A stretch of DNA of 64,000 nucleotides from Candidatus Omnitrophota bacterium. Its GTDB lineage: Bacteria; Omnitrophota; Gorgyraeia; Gygaellales; Profunditerraquicolaceae. The position numbers and the translations under genes are program-made. The stretch is taken from positions 417-64,416 of the forward strand of contig JAKPTF010000097.1 of the NCBI GenBank assembly GCA_029571225.1, given 5' to 3'. Positions within the stretch are counted from its first letter, which is position 1. Each line of letters starts with the position of its first letter. Positions 42,239 through 51,726 of the stretch are shown piece after piece. The notes below the pieces were generated by a model that did no database searches, had not been told where the DNA came from, and saw only the letters and a list, made by a program, of their open reading frames with translations.

Positions 42239-42616
42239 GTGGCGAAGGGGCGTATTTTGATAGTTGACGACGATAAAGAATTCAGGGAAGAGCTTCGGGA
42301 AACGCTGGACCTGTCAGGTTATGAGGTGATCGAAGTCGAGGATGCCCGGGTGGTGCAGGATACAGCAAGCCACACGAGCCCGGATGTGATCGTCCTTGAC
42401 CTGAAAATGGACGATATGAACGGTTTTGAGGTGGCCGAAGAACTTAAGCGTTTCACCTCGACCGTGAGCATCCCTGTCATCGCTATGACAGGATATTTCA
42501 GAGAGGACGAGCATGCCCCGCTCATGAACATCTGCGGAATCACCAAGTGCATCAAAAAGCCCTTCAATCCGCTTGACGTCATCGCCGCAATCGAAGCGGC
42601 GATGCACGGCGTCTAA
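42239..42616 (+). CDS. Single-domain response regulator (REC only)
   Basis: GTG start after AGGAAAGGGG. ILIVDDD, VIVLDLKMDD, AMTG and KKPF. The track ORF starts at 42161. Confidence 0.8.
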   Translation: MAKGRILIVDDDKEFREELRETLDLSGYEVIEVEDARVVQDTASHTSPDVIVLDLKMDDMNGFEVAEELKRFTSTVSIPVIAMTGYFREDEHAPLMNICGITKCIKKPFNPLDVIAAIEAAMHGV

Positions 42617-42627
42617 TCTGATTTCTA

Positions 42628-42656
42628 TTGCCTAAAAAATCCCCCCGCGATATAAT
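42628..42656 (+). promoter_or_regulatory. Putative internal promoter for the GGDEF gene
   Basis: TTGCCT (42628-42633), 17-nt spacer, TATAAT (42651-42656). Confidence 0.45.
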
Positions 42657-42682
42657 ATTCGAATATAACCCGAGGAGGTTCC

Positions 42683-43585
42683 ATGGACCGTGAGAAGATC
42701 ATTGTGGTTCGGGCAGGCCCGTATGTATCCAAGACGATGAACGAGAGCTTGAAGGATTACGATATATATAATCTGGAGTCGCTCGATAAGGCCCAGGAAC
42801 TTTACAAAAGCGGCAATTTTCATACCATCGTGACCGAATTGGACCCGAAAGAGGGCAATGCGGTCGAAATGGTCACCAAACTGCAGGCGAATGATTCCGA
42901 CGTCCCGATCATCGTGGTAACCACGCACGATTCTGTCCCTGTCGCCGTAGAGGCTATGAAGGCTGGTGCGTATGACTATATCACGACGCCTTTCAATCTT
43001 GACGAGCTGAAGCTTGTGGTACAGCATGCGCTGGAGCGAAAAAAGCTGAAAGAGGAGGTTAAGGAAAAACGTCATTTCCAGGAAATGGCTATTACGGACG
43101 GCCTGACCATGATATACAACCGCGCGTATTTCGACGAATTGCTCCGCAGGGAAGAGGACCGAGCTCGCCGGTATCCGCAAAAATTCTCTCTTCTCATGAT
43201 GGATCTGGACGATTTCAAGAAATACAACGATTCATACGGCCATACCGCCGGGGATTTAATCTTGAAGCATGTCGCACAGCTTTTTCAGAGGACGATCCGC
43301 ACCTCGGATTTTGTGGCGCGGTACGGAGGGGAGGAATTCGTTATCATCACGCCGCATACGGATAAGATCCATGCGTCGGTCCTGGCGTCTAGGCTTCTCT
43401 CAATGGTGAACAGGTCCGTGATTCAGGTCAATGAGAAAACACAGCTGTCGGTATCCATTTCTATCGGCCTGGCCACGTTCGGGGACGACGCCACGACCAG
43501 GGACGTATTGGTCCAGAGCGCTGACAAGGCGCTGTACCAGGCCAAGCAGCTGGGGAAGAACCGGGTTTGCCTTTTTGGGACATGA
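42683..43585 (+). CDS. Diguanylate cyclase: degenerate receiver domain + GGDEF (GGEEF, with RxxD I-site)
   Basis: GGEEF at 43325-43339 with RTSD five residues upstream. The receiver fold lacks the N-terminal acidic pair (IIVVRAG) and the conserved Lys (YITTPF). Confidence 0.85.
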   Translation: MDREKIIVVRAGPYVSKTMNESLKDYDIYNLESLDKAQELYKSGNFHTIVTELDPKEGNAVEMVTKLQANDSDVPIIVVTTHDSVPVAVEAMKAGAYDYITTPFNLDELKLVVQHALERKKLKEEVKEKRHFQEMAITDGLTMIYNRAYFDELLRREEDRARRYPQKFSLLMMDLDDFKKYNDSYGHTAGDLILKHVAQLFQRTIRTSDFVARYGGEEFVIITPHTDKIHASVLASRLLSMVNRSVIQVNEKTQLSVSISIGLATFGDDATTRDVLVQSADKALYQAKQLGKNRVCLFGT

Positions 43586-43598
43586 ATATCCGCCACCG

Positions 43599-44426
43599 AT
43601 GACCGCCGCCAGCTTTGCGAGCATGAGCTACCGGCAGTGGGATGGGGCAGGAGAGAATGCCGTGCTTCTACTTGTCCACGGCCTCGGCGGGCATACGGGC
43701 AGGTGGGAGCCTCTGGCCGTGTTTTGTGCGCAGCGGGGCATCTCTTCCTACGCGCTTGCCCTGAGGGGTTTTGGTGACGCCCCAGGGATCCCGGGGCACA
43801 TCGATTCGTTCGGCACATACCTCTCGGATATAGAAGCCCTCGCCGGCGTCATCCGTGACCGGCATCCGCATCACAAAATATACCTTCTGGGCGAAAGCCT
43901 GGGCGGCCTCATCTGCTTTCTTGCCGCCGCCCGTATTCCCGGCCTTTGTTCCGGACTGATCTGCCTGTCGCCTGCGTTCAAGAGCACGCTTAAGATCGGC
44001 TCTGCGGCGCGCGCGGGCATCCTGTTCTCCGCTTTTTTCTCGCCGGAGCGCCAGTTTACCATGCCGTTTTCTTTGACATGCTGCAGCCGTGATGAATCGC
44101 TCGTGGAACGTTTTGAAAAAGACACCCGCGAGCACCGGTTTGCTTCCGCGCGGCTGCTTTTCGAGACGAGGCTTGGCCAGGCGACTGCGCGGCGCCTGAG
44201 GGGCAAAATAACCGTGCCTGTTCTCTTTCTGGTGAGCGGCCGCGATACGATGGTCAGTACAGAGGAGAGCGTCAGGATTTTCAAAGCGTTGAACGTGAAA
44301 GACAAAACCATAAACGTTTACCCGGACATGTATCATGCGCTTTCGATCGATCTGGGCAGGGAAAAAGTTTTTGAGGATATCATCGGGTGGGTTAATGCCC
44401 ATTCATTAAAGGGGGCCGAGGCATGA
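43599..44426 (+). CDS. Alpha/beta hydrolase (lysophospholipase/monoacylglycerol-lipase-like)
   Basis: LLVHGLGGHTGRW, nucleophile elbow GESLGG, and a C-terminal ...MYHAL (His). The track ORF starts at 43431. Confidence 0.7.
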   Translation: MTAASFASMSYRQWDGAGENAVLLLVHGLGGHTGRWEPLAVFCAQRGISSYALALRGFGDAPGIPGHIDSFGTYLSDIEALAGVIRDRHPHHKIYLLGESLGGLICFLAAARIPGLCSGLICLSPAFKSTLKIGSAARAGILFSAFFSPERQFTMPFSLTCCSRDESLVERFEKDTREHRFASARLLFETRLGQATARRLRGKITVPVLFLVSGRDTMVSTEESVRIFKALNVKDKTINVYPDMYHALSIDLGREKVFEDIIGWVNAHSLKGAEA

Positions 44427-45922
44427 AATATATACTGGCGATTGACCAGGGTACGACCGGCAGCCGGGCCGTCGCATATGACGCCCGGGGCCGCTGTGTG
44501 GCCAGCTCCTACGAGGAGTTCAGGCAGTATTTCCCTGCGCCTGGCTGGGTGGAACATGATCCGCAGGAGATCTGGCGCAGCGTCAAGAATTCGGTAGTTG
44601 CTGTGCTGAAGAAAATCCCTTCGTCATCCATCGCGGCCATAGGCATAACCAATCAGCGTGAGACCACGGTAATATGGGACCGAGATACCGGCACCCCTGT
44701 ATACCGCGCAATCGTATGGCAATGCCGCAGGACAGCAGGCAGGTGCAGGGCGCTGCGGGCACGCGCGGGCATGAGCGAATGGTTCCGCGCCAGGACCGGC
44801 CTTCCGATAGACGCATATTTCTCTGCCACGAAGATCGAGTGGATATTAAAGAACGTTCCTGGTGCCAGCAAGAAAGCGGCCGCGGGAAGGCTGTGCTTCG
44901 GCACGACGGACAGCTGGGTATTATGGAAGCTTACCGGCGGCAGGGTTCACGCCACAGATTACACGAATGCGTCCCGCACCATGCTTTTTAATATAGCCGG
45001 TCTGGAGTGGGACAGGGATATCCTCAAGAAATTCTCGGTACCATTAGGTATGCTGCGGTCTGTCAAACGTTCATCGGGCGTGTTCGGACACACGGCCGGT
45101 TCAGGGCCACTTCCCCCTGGCATTCCCATATCGGGTATAGCAGGCGATCAGCAGGCGGCGTTGTTCGGCCAGGCATGCTTTGAACCGGGATCCGTGAAGA
45201 ACACATACGGCACCGGCGCATTTCTGCTCTTGAACACGGGGGCCAGGCGCATCATGTCGGGATACGGCCTGATAACCACGCTCGCGTGCGGCGCTGACGG
45301 CGGCCCGGTGTATGCCCTGGAAGGGCCGATATTCATCGCCGGGGCAGCGGTCCAATGGTTCCGCGACGGGCTTAAGGTCATACGCGCGGCAGCCGATTCC
45401 GAAAAGATCGCCTATTCCGTAAAAGATACGGCAGGCGTGTATTTCGTTCCGGCGCTGGTCGGCATGGGAGCGCCGTACTGGGACCCTGACTGCAGGGGTA
45501 CGATAACGGGCATTACGCGGGGCACTACCGCGGCGCATATCGTGCGCGCCGGCCTTGAGGCAATGTGTTTTCAAACCCGTGACGTTCTTGATGCGATGCG
45601 CCGGGATTCAGGCCTCAAAATCGATCAATTAAAGGTCGACGGAGGCGCTGCGAAGAACGATTTCATTCTCCAGTTTCAGGCTGATATCACCGGATTGCGG
45701 GTCATCCGGCCGGTCGTGGTCGAAAGCACTTCGCTGGGCGCGGCGTATCTGGCAGGGCTCGCTGTGCGTTTCTGGAAAGGGACCGGCGAGATTTCCGCGT
45801 GCTGGCGCAGGGATAAAGTTTTCATCCCGCGCATGGCAGCCTCCAGAGCCAGGTCCTTATATTCCGGATGGCGCAAGGCAGTCAGCATGACCTTATCCGG
45901 GCAAAGAAAGGATCTCTTGTGA
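44423..45922 (+). CDS. glpK: Glycerol kinase
   Basis: YILAIDQGTTGSRA, GITNQRETT, GDQQAALFGQ and VDGGAAKND. ATGA overlap with the upstream gene. Confidence 0.92.
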   Translation: MKYILAIDQGTTGSRAVAYDARGRCVASSYEEFRQYFPAPGWVEHDPQEIWRSVKNSVVAVLKKIPSSSIAAIGITNQRETTVIWDRDTGTPVYRAIVWQCRRTAGRCRALRARAGMSEWFRARTGLPIDAYFSATKIEWILKNVPGASKKAAAGRLCFGTTDSWVLWKLTGGRVHATDYTNASRTMLFNIAGLEWDRDILKKFSVPLGMLRSVKRSSGVFGHTAGSGPLPPGIPISGIAGDQQAALFGQACFEPGSVKNTYGTGAFLLLNTGARRIMSGYGLITTLACGADGGPVYALEGPIFIAGAAVQWFRDGLKVIRAAADSEKIAYSVKDTAGVYFVPALVGMGAPYWDPDCRGTITGITRGTTAAHIVRAGLEAMCFQTRDVLDAMRRDSGLKIDQLKVDGGAAKNDFILQFQADITGLRVIRPVVVESTSLGAAYLAGLAVRFWKGTGEISACWRRDKVFIPRMAASRARSLYSGWRKAVSMTLSGQRKDLL

Positions 45923-47373
45923 GATCGTGCGACGCGCTTATCATCGGCGGAGGGGTCACCGGCACCGCAATCGCCAGAGAACTTTCGCAGTATCGCCTGA
46001 AGGTAATTTTGTGCGAAAAGGAAGAAGAGCTTGCGTTCGGCGTATCAAAATCGAACAGCGGTATCATCCATCCGGGCACGCAGAACGTCCCGGGGTCTTT
46101 GAAAGGCAGGCTGTGCGTCGAAGGTAATGCCCTGACGAAAGCGATCGCGCGCGAGCTGGATGTCGATTTCAAACAGGTCGGCGAATTGATCGTGGCGTTC
46201 TCGCAGTCCGAAGTCGGGCGCCTTATCCGGATAAAAGAGGATGCGCAGCGTCTAGGCGTTAAGGGCCTCCGCATGGTCGATAATGCGTGGTTGAGGGATC
46301 ACGAGCCGAATCTGAATCCCGATATACCCGCGGCGCTTTTTGCACCTAGCGCAGGCATCATCAGCCCGTACCGCTGGGTTTACGCCCTTGCCCTTAACGC
46401 ACAGCAGAACGGCGTCGAGATAATGACCCGCACTCGTGTGGCTGCTATCGAACGGCTTTCAGGAGCGGGCCGCGGCGGAATGTTTTTGCGCGTCATGACC
46501 ACATCGGCAGAATATGACGCGCGGTTCGTCATTAATTGCGCCGGATTGCACGCGGACGCGGTTGCGCGCATGGCGGGGATCGACGACTTTTCCATAAGGC
46601 CGCGCAAAGGCGAGGAATTCATTCTGGATAAGAAACGCGAGCATCTGACGAATCATCTGATTTTCCCGCTGCCGACCCCGGTATCGAAAGGCGTGCTCAT
46701 GATAAAGACCTCTGACGGTAATCCTATGATCGGGCCGTCAGCTTTAGATACAGAGGATAAAGACGACCTTTCAACGACCGAGGGAGGCCTGCGCACGGTG
46801 CTGGCTGATGCTCGCAGGCTCGTGCCTTCGGTCAGCGAGCGGGATATTATAGCTTATTTTGCCGGGTTGAGGCCCGTGGCAGGAGATGATTTCATCATAC
46901 GCCACGAGGATCGCGCTTCTGGAATGGTCACGGTCGCCGGCATACAGTCGCCGGGGCTGACGTGCGCGCCGGCCATAGCAAAGCTGGTCAGCCGGCTGCT
47001 CAAGGAGCACGGCCTGGACCTGCGCAGGAAAATATTCTTTCGACGCCATCGCCGCGCGATGAACCATCTGTTCTCGATACCGCTTTCCAGGACTGCCCGT
47101 CTTGTGCGCCTGGACCCCTCGTACGGCGATATCGTGTGCAGATGCGAGATGGTATCTGCCCGGGAGATATCGGACGCGATCGCAGAGGGCGCTACCACGA
47201 TGGACGGGATCAAGTTCAGGACGCGAGCGCAGGCAGGCAGGTGCCACGGTAGCTTCTGTACGTGCCGATTGATGAAAATCCTCGCGGATGAGACCGGCAG
47301 GAAGGTCATTGAGGTTACAAAGCGCGGCGAGTGTTCAGAGATCGTGTTAAAGGACAGGGGAGATGATCAATAA
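45919..47373 (+). CDS. FAD-dependent glycerol-3-phosphate dehydrogenase-like oxidoreductase with a BFD-type [2Fe-2S] domain
   Basis: GTGA overlap with the upstream gene. DALIIGGGVTGTAIAREL dinucleotide fold. C-terminal CRCEMVSAREISDAI...CHGSFC. Confidence 0.8.
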   Translation: MRSCDALIIGGGVTGTAIARELSQYRLKVILCEKEEELAFGVSKSNSGIIHPGTQNVPGSLKGRLCVEGNALTKAIARELDVDFKQVGELIVAFSQSEVGRLIRIKEDAQRLGVKGLRMVDNAWLRDHEPNLNPDIPAALFAPSAGIISPYRWVYALALNAQQNGVEIMTRTRVAAIERLSGAGRGGMFLRVMTTSAEYDARFVINCAGLHADAVARMAGIDDFSIRPRKGEEFILDKKREHLTNHLIFPLPTPVSKGVLMIKTSDGNPMIGPSALDTEDKDDLSTTEGGLRTVLADARRLVPSVSERDIIAYFAGLRPVAGDDFIIRHEDRASGMVTVAGIQSPGLTCAPAIAKLVSRLLKEHGLDLRRKIFFRRHRRAMNHLFSIPLSRTARLVRLDPSYGDIVCRCEMVSAREISDAIAEGATTMDGIKFRTRAQAGRCHGSFCTCRLMKILADETGRKVIEVTKRGECSEIVLKDRGDDQ

Positions 47374-48340
47374 GGACCTGGTAATCGTCGGCGGGGGGCC
47401 TGCCGGCATGGCAGCGGCATTGAGTGCCCGCGATGCGGGCGTGCGCGATATCCTGCTTCTTGAACGCGACCAATATCTGGGCGGAATACTCAACCAGTGC
47501 ATCCACACTGGATTCGGCATATATCATTTCAAGGAGCTTTTGACCGGGTGCGAATACGCCGGAAGGTTCATTTCCCTGGTTGAACGGTCGCGAGAGATAG
47601 ACGTAAGCCTCAAGTCCTTCGTCGTCAGGCTGACCAATGACCGCGTTTTGACCTTTTTGAAACCCGGCAAGATGGAGACCGTTCGGGCAAAGGCCCTTAT
47701 CATGGCAACGGGATGCCGCGAGCGGACGAGGGAGATGATACACATCCCGGGGACGCGTCCGGCGGGCGTCTTCTCCGCGGGGCTAGCGCAGAAGCTGATC
47801 AATATCGAGGGCCTTTTGCCCGGCAAGGAAGTTGTTATTGTCGGCTCCGGAGATATCGGGCTTATCATGGCGCGCAGGTTTACCCTCGAAGGCGCGCGCG
47901 TCAAGGCCGTTATAGAGATCCAGAAGCAGAGCCGCGGGTTGATGCGCAACGTGGTCCAGTGCGTGCATGATTTCGATATCCCGCTGTATTTCAGCCACCG
48001 CATATCCCGCATCAGCGGCCGTGACAGGGTCGAGAAGGTCGAGGCGGTCCGCGTTGACGAACAGGGAAATGACGTGGACGGTTCGCGCTTCGAAATACTC
48101 TGTGACACGATACTGGTTTCCGTGGGATTGATCCCGGAGAACGAGCTTATAGAGATGGCAGGCGCAAAGATTGACAGCGCGACCAACGCCCCTCTCTCAA
48201 AGGAGCTAAACACTACGTCGATCCCGGGCGTGTTCGCGTGCGGTAATTGTTACCGCGTGTATGATCTTGTAGATTCGGTGACCAGAGACGCGCAGGTTTG
48301 CGGCCGCATGGCTGCGGAGTTCCTGGCAGGGGCGCGATGA
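47363..48340 (+). CDS. Pyridine-nucleotide-disulfide-type FAD oxidoreductase (second subunit of the G3P dehydrogenase-like set)
   Basis: LVIVGGGPAGMAAAL and a second GxGxxG (VVIVGSGDIGL). 11-nt overlap with the upstream gene. Confidence 0.7.
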   Translation: MINKDLVIVGGGPAGMAAALSARDAGVRDILLLERDQYLGGILNQCIHTGFGIYHFKELLTGCEYAGRFISLVERSREIDVSLKSFVVRLTNDRVLTFLKPGKMETVRAKALIMATGCRERTREMIHIPGTRPAGVFSAGLAQKLINIEGLLPGKEVVIVGSGDIGLIMARRFTLEGARVKAVIEIQKQSRGLMRNVVQCVHDFDIPLYFSHRISRISGRDRVEKVEAVRVDEQGNDVDGSRFEILCDTILVSVGLIPENELIEMAGAKIDSATNAPLSKELNTTSIPGVFACGNCYRVYDLVDSVTRDAQVCGRMAAEFLAGAR

Positions 48341-48699
48341 AGAAAGAAATGATCTGCATAGAATGCCCGAAAGGGTGCAGGATGGAAGTGTATTACGGGG
48401 ACGGGAAAACCGTAGAAGTCAACGGCAACATGTGCCCGAGGGGCAGAGAATACGCCGCCTCCGAGATTGAAGATCCGAGGCGCATATTGACCTCGTCGGT
48501 CCTGTGCGAAGGGCTGGACCTGCGCATGCTGCCTGTCAGGACAGATAAGCCTATTCCTAAGCAGGCGCTTTTGCAGGCAATGGAGCGGATCAGAAAGATC
48601 AGGGTCAAGGAACCAGTGCGAGCGGGAGATGTAATCGCGCAGGACTTTTTCGGCGCGAACCTTATCGCCACACGCAGTGCTACCAGGGAGAACGTATGA
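48337..48699 (+). CDS. DUF1667-domain protein
   Basis: ATGA overlap with the upstream gene. ICIECPKGCRMEV...GNMCPRGREYA...EDPRRILTSSV is the DUF1667 pattern that accompanies this oxidoreductase pair. Confidence 0.75.
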   Translation: MKKEMICIECPKGCRMEVYYGDGKTVEVNGNMCPRGREYAASEIEDPRRILTSSVLCEGLDLRMLPVRTDKPIPKQALLQAMERIRKIRVKEPVRAGDVIAQDFFGANLIATRSATRENV

Positions 48700-49907
48700 A
48701 TGCTCGAAGATCGGCTATTCATCTTATTTTGCTGTTTGGGCTAGTGAGCCTGTTCGGCGATATCATCTATGAGGGCGCGCGCAGCGTCAACGGCCCGTAT
48801 TTGAAGACGCTCGGCGCAAATGCCGCCGTGGTCGGCTTGATCGCAGGTATCGGCGAATTTTTGGGATACGCTATTCGCCTGGCGACGGGTTATTTTGCCG
48901 ACCGGACCAGAGGTTACTGGGTTTTCACGTTTCTGGGATACGGCATGCTTATCAGCGTTCCGCTGCTTGCGTTGACAGGCACATGGCAACTGGTCGCTTT
49001 ATTGATCGTGTGCGAGCGCATAGGCAAAGCGGTCAGGGCTCCGGCGAAAGACACGATCGTATCGCAGGCGAGCAAACAGGTCGGGACCGGCTTCGGATTC
49101 GGATTGCAGGAGGCGATGGATCAGATTGGCGCGACCGCAGGACCGTTGATCTTTTCAATCCTCTTTTTGAGTCTGGGAAAAGGCTACAGAAACGTAGCGG
49201 ATTATCAATACGGCTACAGCCTGCTCTGGCTTCCCTTCGTACTGCTCATGGTTTGCGTGGTGCTGGCGTATATCCGCGTGCCTGATCCCGCAGTCCTGGA
49301 GATTCCGGCCGCGGGCAAACAGGAGCAGGATAAGCTCTCAAAAGTATTCTGGATATATACCTTGTTCAGCTTTGTCGCGACTGCGGGATTTGCGAATTTC
49401 GTTCTTATCGCCTACCATCTCAAGGACAAGCACATTCTTTCCGATGCGCAGATACCGCTCTTTTACGCGGTCGCGATGGCCGTTGACGGCGTAGTGGCGC
49501 TCTTAATCGGAAGGATGTACGATGTTCTCAAGAAAAAGCGCCGGAACGACAGGGCCGGCCTGTCCACGCTCGTGCTGATACCGGCGTGCTCCATTCTTGT
49601 CCCGGTGTTCGGTTTCTCCTTCAATCCCGCGCTTGCCGTAGCGGGCATCCTGTTGTGGGGAGTAGTTATGGGTATTCACGAAACGATCATGAAATCAGCC
49701 ATAGCGGACCTGACGCCTTTGAAGAAGAGGGGCACCGGTTACGGTATCTTCAACACGAGCTACGGCCTTGCCGTGTTCGCCGGCAGTGCATTGATGGGGA
49801 TATTTTATGATATTTCCATAACGCTTGTGATCTGGTTCGCCGTTGCCGTGCAGGCCGCATCGGTGCCGCTGTTCATCGCCCTGCGGAGAAGCATACGGGA
49901 AACATAA
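48696..49907 (+). CDS. MFS transporter
   Basis: ATGA overlap with the upstream gene. About 12 hydrophobic helices and 403 aa. GYFADRT-type loop between TM2 and TM3. Confidence 0.75.
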   Translation: MNARRSAIHLILLFGLVSLFGDIIYEGARSVNGPYLKTLGANAAVVGLIAGIGEFLGYAIRLATGYFADRTRGYWVFTFLGYGMLISVPLLALTGTWQLVALLIVCERIGKAVRAPAKDTIVSQASKQVGTGFGFGLQEAMDQIGATAGPLIFSILFLSLGKGYRNVADYQYGYSLLWLPFVLLMVCVVLAYIRVPDPAVLEIPAAGKQEQDKLSKVFWIYTLFSFVATAGFANFVLIAYHLKDKHILSDAQIPLFYAVAMAVDGVVALLIGRMYDVLKKKRRNDRAGLSTLVLIPACSILVPVFGFSFNPALAVAGILLWGVVMGIHETIMKSAIADLTPLKKRGTGYGIFNTSYGLAVFAGSALMGIFYDISITLVIWFAVAVQAASVPLFIALRRSIRET

Positions 49908-49923
49908 TACATGAGGAGGGTGT

Positions 49924-50886
49924 ATGGCCCGCATTTTTGACGATATCACTCAGACGACCGGGAATACCCCGCTGGTGAAGCTGAACCGCATCACCGAGGG
50001 AGCGTACGCGTCCGTGCTGGTCAAGATGGAGTCGTTCAATCCGCTTGCAAGCGTGAAGGACCGCGTGGGCGTCGCGTTGATCGAAGACGCCCGCAGGAGA
50101 GGCGTCCTGCAGCCGGGTTCGGTCATCGTAGAGCCGACGAGCGGCAATACGGGAATCGCGCTGGCGTTTGCCGCTGCGGCAAAAGGATACCGTTTGATTT
50201 TGACCATGCCTGATACCATGTCGATCGAGCGGCGTCAGCTGCTTGCGGCATTCGGGGCTGAGATCGTCCTGACCCCTGGAAGCGAGGGCATGAACGGGGC
50301 CATCAAGAGCGCGCAGTCTCTGGCGTCATCGATTCCGAACGCGGTCATGCTGAAGCAGTTCGAGAATCCCGCAAATCCCGGGATACACAGGGACACGACG
50401 GCGCGGGAGATATGGAATGATTCGGGCGGAAGGATCGATGTTCTCGTAGCCGGAGTAGGCACAGGCGGCACGATCACCGGCACGGGCGAAGCGCTCAAGA
50501 AAAAAAAGAGGGGCTTGAAGGTCATCGCGGTCGAACCCGAAACTTGCCCTGTCCTGTCAGGGGGCAAACCAGGCCCTCATCGGATCCAGGGCATCGGCGC
50601 CGGCTTCATCCCGGCGGTTCTAAACAGAGATATCATAGACGAAGTTATCAGGGTCAAAGACAGCGACGCGGGAGAAACGAGCCGCAGGCTTGCCAGGCTC
50701 GAGGGGATTCTCGCAGGAATCTCGGGCGGAGCCGCGGTATGGGCAGGGCTTCAGGTCGCCTGCAGGCCGCAGAACAAGGGGAAAACGGTCGTCGTTATCC
50801 TTCCTGACAGCGGTGAACGGTATCTTTCGACGTGGCTTTTCAAAGATGCGCCGGACACAGGTTTGTCCGGGACCGGCCAACGGTAA
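49924..50886 (+). CDS. cysK: Cysteine synthase A (O-acetylserine sulfhydrylase)
   Basis: GNTPLVKLNRI, ESFNPLASVKDR (PLP Lys), TSGNTGIALA and GVGTGGTITG. Confidence 0.9.
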   Translation: MARIFDDITQTTGNTPLVKLNRITEGAYASVLVKMESFNPLASVKDRVGVALIEDARRRGVLQPGSVIVEPTSGNTGIALAFAAAAKGYRLILTMPDTMSIERRQLLAAFGAEIVLTPGSEGMNGAIKSAQSLASSIPNAVMLKQFENPANPGIHRDTTAREIWNDSGGRIDVLVAGVGTGGTITGTGEALKKKKRGLKVIAVEPETCPVLSGGKPGPHRIQGIGAGFIPAVLNRDIIDEVIRVKDSDAGETSRRLARLEGILAGISGGAAVWAGLQVACRPQNKGKTVVVILPDSGERYLSTWLFKDAPDTGLSGTGQR

Positions 50887-50898
50887 GGGAGATTTTCT

Positions 50899-51726
50899 AT
50901 GGCAGCACAGAAGATCCAGGCATACGACATTCTCTGCAGGATGAGGCAGGTCAAACCGGTCGTCCATCATATGACCAACTGGGTTACGATCTACGATTGC
51001 GCCCACATCGTCAAGGTCTTTGGTGGATCTCCCGTCATGGCTCATGCGCCGGAGGAAGCGGCGGAAATGACGCTGATCGCCGCAAGCCTGGTGCTTAACA
51101 TCGGGACGCTCACGACCGGAATGGTCGAGGCCATGAAGATTTCTGCTCGGACCGCCAACGAAAAAGGGACTCCGGTGCTCCTTGACGCGTGCGGCGCAGG
51201 CGCGACATCGTTCCGCGACCGCAAGAGCTTTGAATTACTGCAGGCTGCGCATATCGATATACTCAAAGGGAACGCCTCTGAGATCGCTCGGCTTTGCGGC
51301 GAAGCTATCAGGACCAAGGGAGTCGATGCGTCAAAGGTTTTCAAGGACATGAAGATGCTTGCCGGACAGTTTGCCTGCCGCTATAAATGCGTCGTGGTGG
51401 TAACCGGGCCGGAAGATATAGTAACAGACGGTTCAAACGGGTACCTGGTGAAGAACGGCCACCCGATGATGGCGGATATCGTTGGTACCGGATGTATGGC
51501 CGCGTCCGTTATCGGCGCCTTTGCCGCAGTCGAAAAGGACCTGCTCAGGGCTGCCGCTGCCGGACTTTCGTGTTTCGGCATCGCCGCTCAGATAGCGGCT
51601 AAGTCAGCCAGGGGCCCGGGCACCTTCAAGGAAAAACTTTTCGACAGCGCATACAATCTGAATAAGAAGACGGTATGCCGTTTGCAGAGGATAGATCCTC
51701 TGAAGCTGAAAAAGGCGGGCCGGTGA
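50899..51726 (+). CDS. thiM: Hydroxyethylthiazole kinase
   Basis: VHHMTNWVTIYDCAHIVKVFGGSPVMA, LVLNIGTL, ILKGNASEI and GTGCM. Confidence 0.85.
   Translation: MAAQKIQAYDILCRMRQVKPVVHHMTNWVTIYDCAHIVKVFGGSPVMAHAPEEAAEMTLIAASLVLNIGTLTTGMVEAMKISARTANEKGTPVLLDACGAGATSFRDRKSFELLQAAHIDILKGNASEIARLCGEAIRTKGVDASKVFKDMKMLAGQFACRYKCVVVVTGPEDIVTDGSNGYLVKNGHPMMADIVGTGCMAASVIGAFAAVEKDLLRAAAAGLSCFGIAAQIAAKSARGPGTFKEKLFDSAYNLNKKTVCRLQRIDPLKLKKAGR

Noticed and set aside
43668-44402. 244-aa minus-strand ORF
   Set aside because: It is antisense to the alpha/beta hydrolase gene, which has the GESLGG nucleophile elbow and an ATGA coupling to glpK.
50887-50898. TPP riboswitch expected upstream of thiM
   Set aside because: The intergenic gap is only 12 nt, so thiM is simply coupled to cysK.
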